From assembly GCA_022823055.1 (NCBI GenBank), contig JAJDXX010000050.1:1-60558 (forward strand): 60,558 bases of DNA. Reading direction: 5' to 3'. The position numbers were made by a program, and so were the translations under genes. The DNA is from Candidatus Binatia bacterium (GTDB lineage: Bacteria; Desulfobacterota; Binatia; UBA9968; JAJDTQ01). Shown in pieces: positions 35,894-47,133 of the stretch (positions are counted from its first letter, which is position 1; every line of letters starts with the position of its first letter). The notes under the pieces were generated by a model that was given only the letters and a program-made list of their open reading frames with translations, did no database searches and was not told where the DNA came from.

Positions 35894-37474
35894 ATGAAAC
35901 CGCGACTGGACGTCCTGTTGCACGCGCGGGAGCCGGACGACCGGCCCTGGAAGTACCTGCCGGCCGTGCTCGCGCTCGCCTTCGCGGCGCGCGCTATCGT
36001 GGCCTTGTCCGGCGACTTCGTCCTGCATCCGGACGAGATCATGCAGTACCTGGAACCGGCACACCGCCTGGTCTTCGGCAACGGCGTCACCTATTGGGAG
36101 TTCTTCTACGGCGCACGTTCGTGGATCGTTCCGGGAGCGGTAGCGGCTGTCTTGAAACTGCTGGACGTCGTCGGCCTTGGCGAGCCCCGGTGGTACGTCG
36201 GCGCGGTCAAGCTGATGTTCTGCGCCATCTCCCTCGGGATTCCCGCGGGCATGTACTTCTTTGCCCGGCGACACTTCGGCGAGGCGTCGGCGCGGGCAGC
36301 GTTGGTGGCCGGCGCGTTCTGGTACGAGCTCGTCGGCTTCGCGCACAAACCCATGACCGAATTCGTTGCCACCGTTCCCCTTGTGGCGCTGCTGGCGCTC
36401 TGCGTGCGCCCCGCCTTAGACGATACCCGGACGGTCTGGCAGGCGGCCTTCCTCGCCGCCATCGCCTCCGCCATAAGGATGCAGTACGCGCCGCTCGCGC
36501 TCGTATTGCTGGGCATCGTGTTTCTGCGCACCCGGAAGAAGACACCGCTCGTGGTGGCCACGGTGGCATTCCTCTTCGCGGTGGGGGTGTTCGACGCGGT
36601 GACTTGGGACGCTGGCCTGTTCCACTCGTACCTCACCAACCTTCGCGTCAACCTCGTTCTCGGCCCGATGCGCGCCGGCGAGAGTCCGCCCTGGCAGTTC
36701 ATTCTGTGGTTCGTCCTCGCCGGCGGCGGCCTGAGCGTACTATGCGTTGCCGCGTCTCTCCGCCAATGCCGGCGCTACGGGCTGCTCCTGGCGTTGACCG
36801 CCCTGATCCTGCTGCTCCATTCCCTGCAAGCCCACAAGGAGTACCGCTTCGTCTTCGTCATCGTCCCGCTCTGGCTTCTGATCGGCGCCGACCTCGCGGC
36901 GCGCCTGGCGTCACGGGTGGGCGGCCCGCACCGGCTTGCGGCAACCGTGGCGACCGTGTTTGCAGCCGTTTCGCTGGCGGGAATCATGAATGTCCTGCCG
37001 TACCAGGACCGGGTGTACCGGGCGTGGTCGAGAGAGACGCGCTACATGGGCTTCGTGCGCAACCAGGACCCCGTCTTCGCTGCCTACCGCTACCTCGCCC
37101 GCGCGTCCGGCGTCACCGGGGTGTGGCAGCCCGACCGCCCGTACTACAGACTGCCGGGGTACTACTACCTGCACCGCAAGATACCGTTCTACGATCAATT
37201 CTCCGGAAAGGCCCTCGGGACTGAGGCGGCCCCCTCCGCCCTGGTGAGCCACATCGTGTCCGCCGACCCGGACTTTTCCGTTGCCGGCTACTCACTTGAC
37301 CGGGAATTCACGGGCATGCGCGTTCTGCGCCGAAACCGGGACGAACAGCCGGTCCGCCAGTGGCTCGACTACGCCCCTACCATCCCAGCCCATCGACAGG
37401 CCCGGATCATGGCCCGTATAGACCCGGCCGCTCCCGTTTCCCCGGCCAACTTCGGCATCCGCCTCGCGCCCTAG
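35894..37474 (+). CDS. Multi-TM GT-C glycosyltransferase (Alg9/PIG-B-like, GT22-type)
   Basis: HPDEIMQYLEPAHRLVFG..WEF..RSW and HKEYRF motifs. Confidence 0.8.
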   Translation: MKPRLDVLLHAREPDDRPWKYLPAVLALAFAARAIVALSGDFVLHPDEIMQYLEPAHRLVFGNGVTYWEFFYGARSWIVPGAVAAVLKLLDVVGLGEPRWYVGAVKLMFCAISLGIPAGMYFFARRHFGEASARAALVAGAFWYELVGFAHKPMTEFVATVPLVALLALCVRPALDDTRTVWQAAFLAAIASAIRMQYAPLALVLLGIVFLRTRKKTPLVVATVAFLFAVGVFDAVTWDAGLFHSYLTNLRVNLVLGPMRAGESPPWQFILWFVLAGGGLSVLCVAASLRQCRRYGLLLALTALILLLHSLQAHKEYRFVFVIVPLWLLIGADLAARLASRVGGPHRLAATVATVFAAVSLAGIMNVLPYQDRVYRAWSRETRYMGFVRNQDPVFAAYRYLARASGVTGVWQPDRPYYRLPGYYYLHRKIPFYDQFSGKALGTEAAPSALVSHIVSADPDFSVAGYSLDREFTGMRVLRRNRDEQPVRQWLDYAPTIPAHRQARIMARIDPAAPVSPANFGIRLAP

Positions 37475-37541
37475 GAACGGCCGGTGGTCCGGCCCGGACG
37501 AGACCAACCCGGCTTGCGGGAGGATCGCCAAGGACACCACA

Positions 37542-37865
37542 CTAGCTCAATCGTCCGAACACCGCGATCCATATGCACGGCGGCGTACGGCTCGTGTAGT
37601 CGACGCGGTGGCATTGATGGGCGGGGATGAACACGTGGTCACCGGCGTTGAGTCGGAGCCTTGTGCCGTCCTCGTATTCCAGCACGGCCTCGCCCTGGAT
37701 CAACACAACCCATTCATCACGGTCCTGGTCGCACCATTCGCCCGCGGGTGAGGTCTGTCCGCCGGAGACGATGCGCTCGATCTTCACACCCCGGTCGGGA
37801 ATGAGGTCGGTGAACTCCTCGTCGTCCGGGAGCGGATCGGGCAGGTCGTAGAGGTTAGGGGACAT
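37542..37865 (-). CDS. Cupin domain protein
   Basis: IERIVSGGQTSP, DQDRDEWV, GDHVFIPAHQCHRV, WIAV. Confidence 0.88.
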   Translation of the reverse strand: MSPNLYDLPDPLPDDEEFTDLIPDRGVKIERIVSGGQTSPAGEWCDQDRDEWVVLIQGEAVLEYEDGTRLRLNAGDHVFIPAHQCHRVDYTSRTPPCIWIAVFGRLS

Positions 37866-38922
37866 GCTCCAGCGGCCGGAACAGCGCGAACACCTTGTCG
37901 GAGTTGGAGATCCACGATTCCAGGAAGACGATGTCGTCGGGCTTGCGGTCGATCTCGGACATGGCGCCGGCCAGGGCGAACCAGTTGAGCAGCTCGTGGT
38001 GGCCGCGGTCCTCGGCCTCGGGCAGGCTGGTCTTGCGCCAGGTTTCCCAGTCGCCGTCCCTGAGCGCCTCGAAATAGCGCTTGTCCGACTCCACGTCGGG
38101 GTACATGAACGAGTGCTTGGCGGTGAGGAACGAGTGGGACCAGCTCGACGAGGCGATGAGGGCCACGCGCCACGGGCTTTCGGCGAAGGCGCGGGCGGTG
38201 GCCGCGCCGATGTCGAAGCAGCGCCAGGGCTGGGGTCCCGGCGGGTCGAACTCGTCGGCGATCTTTTCGGCAGCGGAGGGCGTCAGCGGCACGCCGCGGC
38301 TGCCCACGAGCTTGCGCCCGTAGCTGTTCACGGTGAAGGGCACCAGCGGGTAGGGGAAGCCCTGCCGGTCCCAGTCGAGGTACAGGATGGAGTTGACGAA
38401 GGCGTGTCCCAGGCCGCGGTGCAGCGGCTTGTAGGAATAGGCCACGTCGAAGCCGTTGTCGAGGAGGCTCGACGCCAGGTACTTGCCCGCCTCCTGGTGG
38501 CCCTTGATGGTGAAGACCTTGTCGTCGGGCTCGTCCCACATGTTGGCGCCCCGGCGGCTGTGGGTCCACGGCTGCGCCTCCACCGAGTCGTAGGCGAGGA
38601 TGGAGAAGGCCGGCACGCAGTCTTCCTTAAAGTTCTCGTACTGGTCGTCGCCCCACAAGACGCACAGGTCGGGCTGGAACTCGTCGAGGGCGCGCCGGGC
38701 GACGCGGAAGCGGTCGATGAGGTCCCGGCGGTGCGCGTCCGAGTGGGCCGCGCCGTTGTCCGTGCTCCACTGGTCACGCATGGGCGCGGGCCAGTTCTCC
38801 GGGTGGCGCAGCCGCTCCGGCAGCGCGGGATCCTCCAGGCACATCTTGATGCGGCGGGTCATGTTCCCCTGGAACCCGAGTCCGGGATAGTGCGTGATGC
38901 CGAGTCCGAGTATCTCTGCCAT
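37855..38922 (-). CDS. LigB-family (class III) extradiol ring-cleavage dioxygenase
   Basis: GITHYP, WGDDQYENF, GHAF, SSSWSH, GHHELLNW..LAGAM. Confidence 0.88.
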   Translation of the reverse strand: MAEILGLGITHYPGLGFQGNMTRRIKMCLEDPALPERLRHPENWPAPMRDQWSTDNGAAHSDAHRRDLIDRFRVARRALDEFQPDLCVLWGDDQYENFKEDCVPAFSILAYDSVEAQPWTHSRRGANMWDEPDDKVFTIKGHQEAGKYLASSLLDNGFDVAYSYKPLHRGLGHAFVNSILYLDWDRQGFPYPLVPFTVNSYGRKLVGSRGVPLTPSAAEKIADEFDPPGPQPWRCFDIGAATARAFAESPWRVALIASSSWSHSFLTAKHSFMYPDVESDKRYFEALRDGDWETWRKTSLPEAEDRGHHELLNWFALAGAMSEIDRKPDDIVFLESWISNSDKVFALFRPLEHVP

Positions 38923-38971
38923 CTTCCTTTTCCCTTTCTTGGGCGGATCTCCTTCCTGGCCCTGGCTTGCG

Positions 38972-39041
38972 CCCTTCGACTTCGCGCCGTTGCGTGTCGC
39001 TACGCCTGTCCTGAGCCTGACGAAGGGCTCAGGACGAACGG
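38972..39041. repeat. Palindromic element of a second family
   Basis: CCCTTCGACTTCGCGCCG...GTCCTGAGCC-N8-GGCTCAGGAC-GAACGG; shares TTCGACTTCGCGCCG with the hairpin at 48160-48208. Confidence 0.6.
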
Positions 39042-39069
39042 TGTGGTTTCCGGACTTGCCGGCCGCTGC

Positions 39070-39789
39070 TCACGGCAGCGTCCGCAGCAACCGTCCGAAG
39101 CCTTCCACGGGCTCATCTATCCCCAAGCGCTTCCGGGTCGCCCAGACCTCCGCGTTGAGATTGGTGATTACCGGCACCCCGAGTTCCTCCTCGAGGGATT
39201 CGATGACCGGCAGACAGTCCCAACCCGCACCCAGGAGACAGATTCCCTCGCCGCCGTGATCGAGGAGGGCCTTTTTGGCCCCGTCGTAGATGTCCTCGGC
39301 GGGGATGTCGCCGACGTCCTCGAAGGCCACGCCCTCCAGTTCCGGGATACCGGTCACCGTGAATCCGGCCTGCTCGAAGAAATGGGCGAACTTCGCGTTC
39401 ATGGCGCCCTGGATGTAGGAGAGGATCACGAACCTTTCCACGCCCAGCACGCGGAAGGCCTCGACCTGCACGGTGGTCGCGGTGAGGATCGGGACTCCGT
39501 GCTGCCGGGTCAGGCGCTCGGTCAGGTCACCGTCGAAGCGGTAGCCCTTGAGCAGGATCGGCGGCGTCCCCTGGATCAGCACCAAGTCCACCCCCAGCTC
39601 CACCAGCTCCGCCACCCTGGACTCGGCGACGGCGATGGCCTCGTCGAATTCCGCCTCCGTGCCGGCGCGGACTCCGACGTAGCGCGGCGCCACGCACACC
39701 CCCTCCGGAAGGAGCCTAATGTAGGTTTCCAGCGAGCCGAGACGGAACGTCGGCTTCACCACGCCCACGGTGCCGCGCGAGCAATACAT
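39070..39789 (-). CDS. Asp/Glu racemase / maleate isomerase superfamily protein
   Basis: GVVKP, LPEGV, LVELGVD, GVPILT, LEEELGVPVIT, EGFGRLL. Confidence 0.8.
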   Translation of the reverse strand: MYCSRGTVGVVKPTFRLGSLETYIRLLPEGVCVAPRYVGVRAGTEAEFDEAIAVAESRVAELVELGVDLVLIQGTPPILLKGYRFDGDLTERLTRQHGVPILTATTVQVEAFRVLGVERFVILSYIQGAMNAKFAHFFEQAGFTVTGIPELEGVAFEDVGDIPAEDIYDGAKKALLDHGGEGICLLGAGWDCLPVIESLEEELGVPVITNLNAEVWATRKRLGIDEPVEGFGRLLRTLP

Positions 39790-39816
39790 GGCCTTGCCTC
39801 CTGTCCGGCGACCCCC

Positions 39817-40641
39817 TTACACCGCGATGGTCTGTCCTCCGTCCACCACCAGCGCGTGGCCAGTGACGAAGGAGGCTTCGTCGGACACCAGGAACAGGAC
39901 GCCATAGGCCATCTCCTCGGGCCGCGCCATGCGCAGCAGCGCCTTGTTGCTGTCGGCCATGCGTTTGCGCTGCTCGGGGGTGGCGGCCTGCAGCGACGGC
40001 ACCGGCGGATGCCCGCGGAAGCGCGGGGTCTCCGTGGCGCCGGGGCAAATGCAGTTCACGCGGATGCCCTTGGGGCCGTAGTCCAGCGCCATCTGCTTGG
40101 TCAGGCCGATGACCGCCGCCTTGGTGGCGCAGTACGCCGGATAGTTGGCGGAGGCCAGCAGTCCGAAGGTGGAGGCGGTGCTGACGATGTTGCCGCTGCC
40201 CTTCTCGATCATGTGGGGCACCGCCGCCCGAACGCTCCGCTGGATGGCGTTCAGGTTGAGGCTCATGATGAAGTTCCACTCCTCGTCCGAGTGTTCATGC
40301 GCCTGCTTGCGGATGCCGCCTCCGGCGTTGTTGTAGAGGATGTCCACGCCGCCGTACCGTGCGATGGCGGTCTGCACCATCTCCTCGGGACCGCCGTCCG
40401 CGGTCACGTTCACGTTCAGGAAGGTGGCCTCGCCGCCCTCGTCGATGATGAGCTGGTCCACCCGTGGCGTCAGGGTCTCCTGGATGTCGCAGCACACGAC
40501 GCTCGCGCCCTCGCGCGCGAACAGCCGGGACGTGGCCCGGCCGATGCCGCTGTTGGCTCCGGTGATGATGGCCACCTTGCCCCGCAGCCGCCCCCGTCCC
40601 TCTCCCAGCATGGGATGCTCGTCGTTGTTGGCGTTCGCCAT
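39817..40641 (-). CDS. Short-chain dehydrogenase/reductase
   Basis: TGANSGIG, NNAG, YCATK, IRVNCICPG, VDGG. Confidence 0.95.
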   Translation of the reverse strand: MANANNDEHPMLGEGRGRLRGKVAIITGANSGIGRATSRLFAREGASVVCCDIQETLTPRVDQLIIDEGGEATFLNVNVTADGGPEEMVQTAIARYGGVDILYNNAGGGIRKQAHEHSDEEWNFIMSLNLNAIQRSVRAAVPHMIEKGSGNIVSTASTFGLLASANYPAYCATKAAVIGLTKQMALDYGPKGIRVNCICPGATETPRFRGHPPVPSLQAATPEQRKRMADSNKALLRMARPEEMAYGVLFLVSDEASFVTGHALVVDGGQTIAV

Positions 40642-40727
40642 GGTTTGCCTCCTTGGAATGTGCGCCTTGCGGCTCATTCTCCCTTATCGGATCGGCTGGT
40701 GATTGCCAAGTGACGCCCCTTCTGATC

Positions 40728-40962
40728 GTCATTCCCGCGGAACAGGTTGTGTCAAAACACGACTCGGATCGGATACGGCACCGACATCCCATACCGTCAT
40801 TCCCGCGGAAGCGGGAATCCAGGTGGGGTGGGGCCGGGCAATGAGGCCGCCGCACCTCCCACCCCTGGATTCCCGCTTTCGCGGGAATGACGATTTCGGG
40901 GTATGGGTGCCGCCTTTTGTGGCCGAGCGGTGTTTTGACACAGCCTGTTCCGTGGGAATGAC
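40728..40962. repeat. Nested palindromic element, copy E (most complete, 235 bp)
   Basis: 31-bp outer arms GTCATTCCCGCGGAACAGGTTGTGTCAAAAC / GTTTTGACACAGCCTGTTCCGTGGGAATGAC enclosing the inverted doublet. Confidence 0.93.
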
Positions 40963-41069
40963 GGAGGAAGGGACGGTCCGCGCGTTAACCTTGCCGGAAC
41001 AAATCCGCTAAGGTAGGACGGGTCTGAACAGAGGACACGGGATCCACCCAGCCCACCAGGAGGAATCGC

Positions 41070-41951
41070 ATGGACCAGGCGGACGAAAGATTCGTGGACG
41101 TGGACGGCATCCGCACGCGCTACTTTGAGAAGGGCAGCGGCGAGCCGCTGGTGCTGTTCCACGGCGGCAACTTCGGCTCCAACGACGCCGCCGACTGCAG
41201 CCTCGACTGGGGGCTCAACTTCGACGGCCTGGCGCAGTGGTTCCACGTCTATGCGGTGGACAAGCTGGGACAGGGGCTGACCGACAACCCCAAGAGCGAC
41301 GACGACTACACCATGGCCGCCGTGGTGCAACACGCCTTGGCCTTCCTGGAAACCCTGAAGCTCGGCAATGTCCACCTGGTGGGCCATTCCCGCGGCGCCT
41401 ACCTGGTGGCGCGCATGACCCTGGAGCGGGCGGACCTCGTCAAGTCGGTGATCCCGGTGGACACCAACACCCTGGCGCCCGGCGTCGGGCGCAACGACAT
41501 CGTGTTCGCCAACGCGCCGCAGCCGCGCCTGGGCCGGGAGTGCCAGCGCTGGGTGTACGAGCGCTACTCTTACGGCCACGACCACATCACCGACGACTGG
41601 CTCGACGCCTGCGTGGCCATCGCGCAACTGCCCAAGTACAAGGAGGCGGTGGAGAAGATGGAGATGCAGGGGCTCAAGACCAACCTCTTCCTGGCCGCCC
41701 ACGCGCGGCAGAAGGAGGAGACCCTGGGCTGGATCCGGGACCGCGGGTTTCAGCGGCCCACGCTGCTGGTGTGGGGCTACAACGACCCCACCGCCACCCT
41801 CGACCAGGGCCTGCGCCTCTACGATCTCATGGCCGGCAGCGAGCGCCGCACCCAGATGCACATCATCAACCAAGCCGGCCACTTCTCGTACCGCGAGCAT
41901 CCCGCGGAGTTCAACGAGGTGCTGCGGGCGTTCATCGCGGCGCAGCAGTGA
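41070..41951 (+). CDS. Alpha/beta hydrolase (meta-cleavage product hydrolase-like)
   Basis: LFHGG, DKLGQG, GHSRGA nucleophile elbow, WGYNDP, AGHF. Confidence 0.9.
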   Translation: MDQADERFVDVDGIRTRYFEKGSGEPLVLFHGGNFGSNDAADCSLDWGLNFDGLAQWFHVYAVDKLGQGLTDNPKSDDDYTMAAVVQHALAFLETLKLGNVHLVGHSRGAYLVARMTLERADLVKSVIPVDTNTLAPGVGRNDIVFANAPQPRLGRECQRWVYERYSYGHDHITDDWLDACVAIAQLPKYKEAVEKMEMQGLKTNLFLAAHARQKEETLGWIRDRGFQRPTLLVWGYNDPTATLDQGLRLYDLMAGSERRTQMHIINQAGHFSYREHPAEFNEVLRAFIAAQQ

Positions 41952-42035
41952 AGGCCGAGCCGCATCCGGGTCGAGGTTGCAAGAGCGGCCGTTTTGAACG
42001 ATCTTTATGAGAACAAAATCTCGGGAGGTATACGC

Positions 42036-42377
42036 ATGGGCAAGTACATGTTCCACACGACGTACACCGCGAAAGGGCTTCCGGGCCTGCTCAAGGAGGG
42101 CGGGAGCCGGCGACGGGCGGCGTTGACCCAGACCATCGAGGGGATGGGCGGCAGCGTGGAGGGGCTCTACTACGCCTTTGGCGACACGGACCTCTACATC
42201 ATCGCCGATCTTCCCGACGACGCCACGGCGACGGCCGTCTCGCTCAACATCGCCGACGCCGGCGCCCTCAACATCAAGTGCACGGTGTTGATCACGCCGG
42301 AGATGGTGGATGAGGCGGTGAAGAAGAAGGTGCCGTACCGGCCGCCCGGCGCGCGGGCGACACGCGGACGAAAGTAG
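42036..42377 (+). CDS. GYD domain protein
   Basis: YTAKGLPGLLKEGGSRR, YYAFGDTDLY, YRPPG; RBS GGAGG. Confidence 0.85.
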   Translation: MGKYMFHTTYTAKGLPGLLKEGGSRRRAALTQTIEGMGGSVEGLYYAFGDTDLYIIADLPDDATATAVSLNIADAGALNIKCTVLITPEMVDEAVKKKVPYRPPGARATRGRK

Positions 42378-42475
42378 GGCGTAGCGGCGGCAGCGTGCCG
42401 CCGCACCGGCTCGAGCGGGCGCCGGGGTCCTGTCCGGTTCGTTCGTAGGCCATGTGACCGGACAGTACCCGAACC

Positions 42476-44380
<1,905 letters not shown>

Positions 44381-44387
44381 CCATGAT

Positions 44388-44604
44388 GGGCGCGAAACAG
44401 GCCGGTCAAAGACTCCACTCAAGCTGGAAACAGCACCGCCACCCGAAGCGTCATTCCCGCGCAAGCGGGAATCCAGGGGTGGGGAGGGGCTGAAAAGGCC
44501 CGTTTCCCCGCCTCACCCCGCCTGGATTCCCGCTTGCGCGGGAATGACGTTCTGTTACGTGGTCGCCTCATGAGTTTTGACACAGCCTGTTTCGCGGGAA
44601 TGAC
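44388..44604. repeat. Nested palindromic element, copy F (degenerate left arm)
   Basis: Inner doublet 44450-44548; right arm GTTTTGACACAGCCTGTTTCGCGGGAATGAC. Confidence 0.88.
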
Positions 44605-44681
44605 GTTTCGTAGGATCCGTACGGTCAGGCGTCATTGCCTGCCCCTGGAACTTCCGATAAGAAGGTGGGCGGAGACAACCC

Positions 44682-46979
44682 ATGAGAAAACAACGACTGT
44701 CAGTGGCCGGGCGCAGTTCCATGCGCGTGGACGCGGTGGAGAAGGTTTCGGGGTCGGCGTTCTACACCGGCGACATGGAGCTTCCGGGGATGGCCTACGC
44801 CAAGATCCTGCGGAGTCCCCTGCCGCATGCGCGCCTGCTCGCGGTGGACGCGGCCAAGGCGCGGGAGCTGCCCGGGGTCATCGACGTGCTGACCCGGGAC
44901 GAGTTGGGCGGCCTCAACTACATGTACGGCGCCACCTACAAGGACCAGGCGGTGGTGGCGGTGGACAAGGTCCGCTACGTGGGCGACCCGGTGGCGGCGG
45001 TGCTGTCGGCGGACGAGCTGGTGGCCGAGGAAGCCCTGTCGCTCATCGATGTGGAGTACGAGGAGTTGCCGTTCGTGGACAACGTGGACGACGCCCTCGC
45101 GCCGGGAGCGCAGCAGGTGCACGAGGGCGACGTGGCCAAGGCCGAGCTTCGCGGCTCCACCTACGGTGCGCCGGAACGGTTCAAGGGCACCAACGTGTGC
45201 TACTACTTCGGGTACTCCCGCGGCGACGTGGATCAGGGCTTCGCCAAGTCGGACCATGTATTCGAGGACGTCTTCCGCTTCTCCAAGGTGCAGCACTACT
45301 CGCTGGAGCCGCACATCTGCGTCGCCCACTACGACGGCGAGCGCCTGACGGTGTGGAGCTCGTGCCAGGACCCGTTCACGCTCAGGGGGCACTTGGCGGG
45401 GATCTTCAAGCTGCCGCTCAACCGGGTGCGGGTGGTGGTGCCGTACGTGGGCGGCGGCTACGGCGGCAAGCTCTACGTCAAGGCCGATCCCATCGCCGCG
45501 GCGCTGTCGGTGCGGAACCGCCGCCCGGTCAAGCTGGCCATGAGCGCCAACGACAGCTTCAAGACCGTGACGCGCCATCCCGCGCGCATCCGCATCAAGA
45601 CCGGGGTCACCAGGAAGGGCGAAATGGTGGCGCGGGAGCTGGAAGTGTACATGGACACCGGCGCCTACGCCGACGCCGGCCCCCGGGTGACCCAGAAGGC
45701 GGGCTACCGGGCGGTGGGGCCGTACCGCGTGGCCAACGTCAAGATCGACGCCCACGGGGTCTACAGCAACACGGTGCCGGCGGGGGCATTCCGCGGCTTC
45801 GGGGCGGTGCAGGTGGCCTGGGCCTACGAGTCGCAGATGGACATGATCGCCAACCGGCTCGGCATGGACCCGCTGGACTTCCGCCTCAAGAACCTGCTGG
45901 AGAAGGGCGAGCCCTACACGCCAGGCGACACCCCGGTGGACTGCGACCTCAAGCAGGGGCTGCGCAAGGTGGCGCGGACGCTGGATTGGAAGAAGCCGAC
46001 CCCGCCCAACGTGGGCCGGGGGCTGAGCGTGTGCCTGAAGGACGCCGGCGGCACCTACAAGGTGGCCGGCGCCACCGTGAAGATGTCGTCGGACGGCAGC
46101 GCCGTGCTGCTCACCGGCACGGTGGAGGTAGGCCAGGGCTGCCGCACGGCCTTGAGCCAGGTGGTGGCGGAAGAGTTGGGCATCGAGCTGGAGCAGGTGT
46201 CCGTGGCCCAGTTGGACACGGACGTGACGCCCTTCGACGTCTCCACCAGCGCCAGCAGCTCCATGACCGTCATGGGCCTCGCCACCCAGCGGGCCGCCCA
46301 GGACGTGAAGAAGCAGTTGCTCAAGGCCGCGGCCAAGGTCATGGGCGAGAAGGCGGCCGGTCTGACGCTCAAGGGCGGGCAGGTTCGCCCGGCCAAGGGA
46401 CGCGGGGTGCCCTACAGCCAGGTCATCGCCGGCTACTACGGCAGCTCGGCCACCGAGATCGTCGGCCGCGGCGTCTACCAGGACAAGAAGAGCAAGACCG
46501 CGGTGCTGGGCTCCCCCACGACCTTTTGGGAGGTGGGCTGGGGCGGTGTCGAGCTGGAGGTGGACCCGGATACCGGCGTCATCCGTATCCTCAAGTACGT
46601 GTCCATGGCCGACGTGGGCCGGGCCATCAACCCCTTGCAGTGCGAGGGCCAGGACGAGGGCGGCGTGGTGTTCGCCATCGGGCACACGCTGCTGGAAGAC
46701 ATGGTGTACGAGGACGGCCAGCCCTTGAACCCCAACCTCATCGACTACCGTGTGCCCAACTTCCACGACCTGCCGGAGAACTTCATTTCGGAGCTGGTGG
46801 AGAGCGGCAACGGCCCCGGCCCGTTCGGCGCCAAGGGCATGGGCGAGGGCGGCGTGCTGCCGGCCGCGTCCGCCATTGCCGCGGCCGTGGAAGACGCCGT
46901 CGGCGTGCGCATCTGCGACCTGCCGCTGTCCCCCCCGAAAGTGTGGCAGCGGCTGCAGGAGAGGGAGAGCGCGGGCTAG
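44682..46979 (+). CDS. Xanthine oxidase-family molybdopterin-binding large subunit
   Basis: RVDAVEKVSG, LRSPLPHA, VRYVGD, GGGYGGK, AFRGFG, EVGQG, DVGRAINP, GPFGAKGMGE. Confidence 0.95.
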   Translation: MRKQRLSVAGRSSMRVDAVEKVSGSAFYTGDMELPGMAYAKILRSPLPHARLLAVDAAKARELPGVIDVLTRDELGGLNYMYGATYKDQAVVAVDKVRYVGDPVAAVLSADELVAEEALSLIDVEYEELPFVDNVDDALAPGAQQVHEGDVAKAELRGSTYGAPERFKGTNVCYYFGYSRGDVDQGFAKSDHVFEDVFRFSKVQHYSLEPHICVAHYDGERLTVWSSCQDPFTLRGHLAGIFKLPLNRVRVVVPYVGGGYGGKLYVKADPIAAALSVRNRRPVKLAMSANDSFKTVTRHPARIRIKTGVTRKGEMVARELEVYMDTGAYADAGPRVTQKAGYRAVGPYRVANVKIDAHGVYSNTVPAGAFRGFGAVQVAWAYESQMDMIANRLGMDPLDFRLKNLLEKGEPYTPGDTPVDCDLKQGLRKVARTLDWKKPTPPNVGRGLSVCLKDAGGTYKVAGATVKMSSDGSAVLLTGTVEVGQGCRTALSQVVAEELGIELEQVSVAQLDTDVTPFDVSTSASSSMTVMGLATQRAAQDVKKQLLKAAAKVMGEKAAGLTLKGGQVRPAKGRGVPYSQVIAGYYGSSATEIVGRGVYQDKKSKTAVLGSPTTFWEVGWGGVELEVDPDTGVIRILKYVSMADVGRAINPLQCEGQDEGGVVFAIGHTLLEDMVYEDGQPLNPNLIDYRVPNFHDLPENFISELVESGNGPGPFGAKGMGEGGVLPAASAIAAAVEDAVGVRICDLPLSPPKVWQRLQERESAG

Positions 46980-46992
46980 GAGCCCCTGAACC

Positions 46993-47110
46993 GTCATTCC
47001 CGCGCAAGCGGGAATCCAGGGGTGGCGGTGGGGTACTACGGCGGTATTCCCCGCCCCGCCTGGATTCCCGCCCCCGATCGGCGTCGAGGGCAAGCTTGCG
47101 CGGGAATGAC
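46993..47110. repeat. Palindromic doublet, copy G (second unit with inserted loop)
   Basis: GTCATTCCCGCGCAAGCGGGAATCCAGG ... CCTGGATTCCCGC-[insert]-TTGCGCGGGAATGAC. Confidence 0.88.
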
Positions 47111-47133
47111 GAATACAAGCGTAGGAGCGTACT

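Noticed and set aside
44682-46979. Aerobic CO dehydrogenase CoxL
   Set aside because: Active-site loop is AFRGFG, not AYxCSFR (form I) or AYxGAGR (form II).
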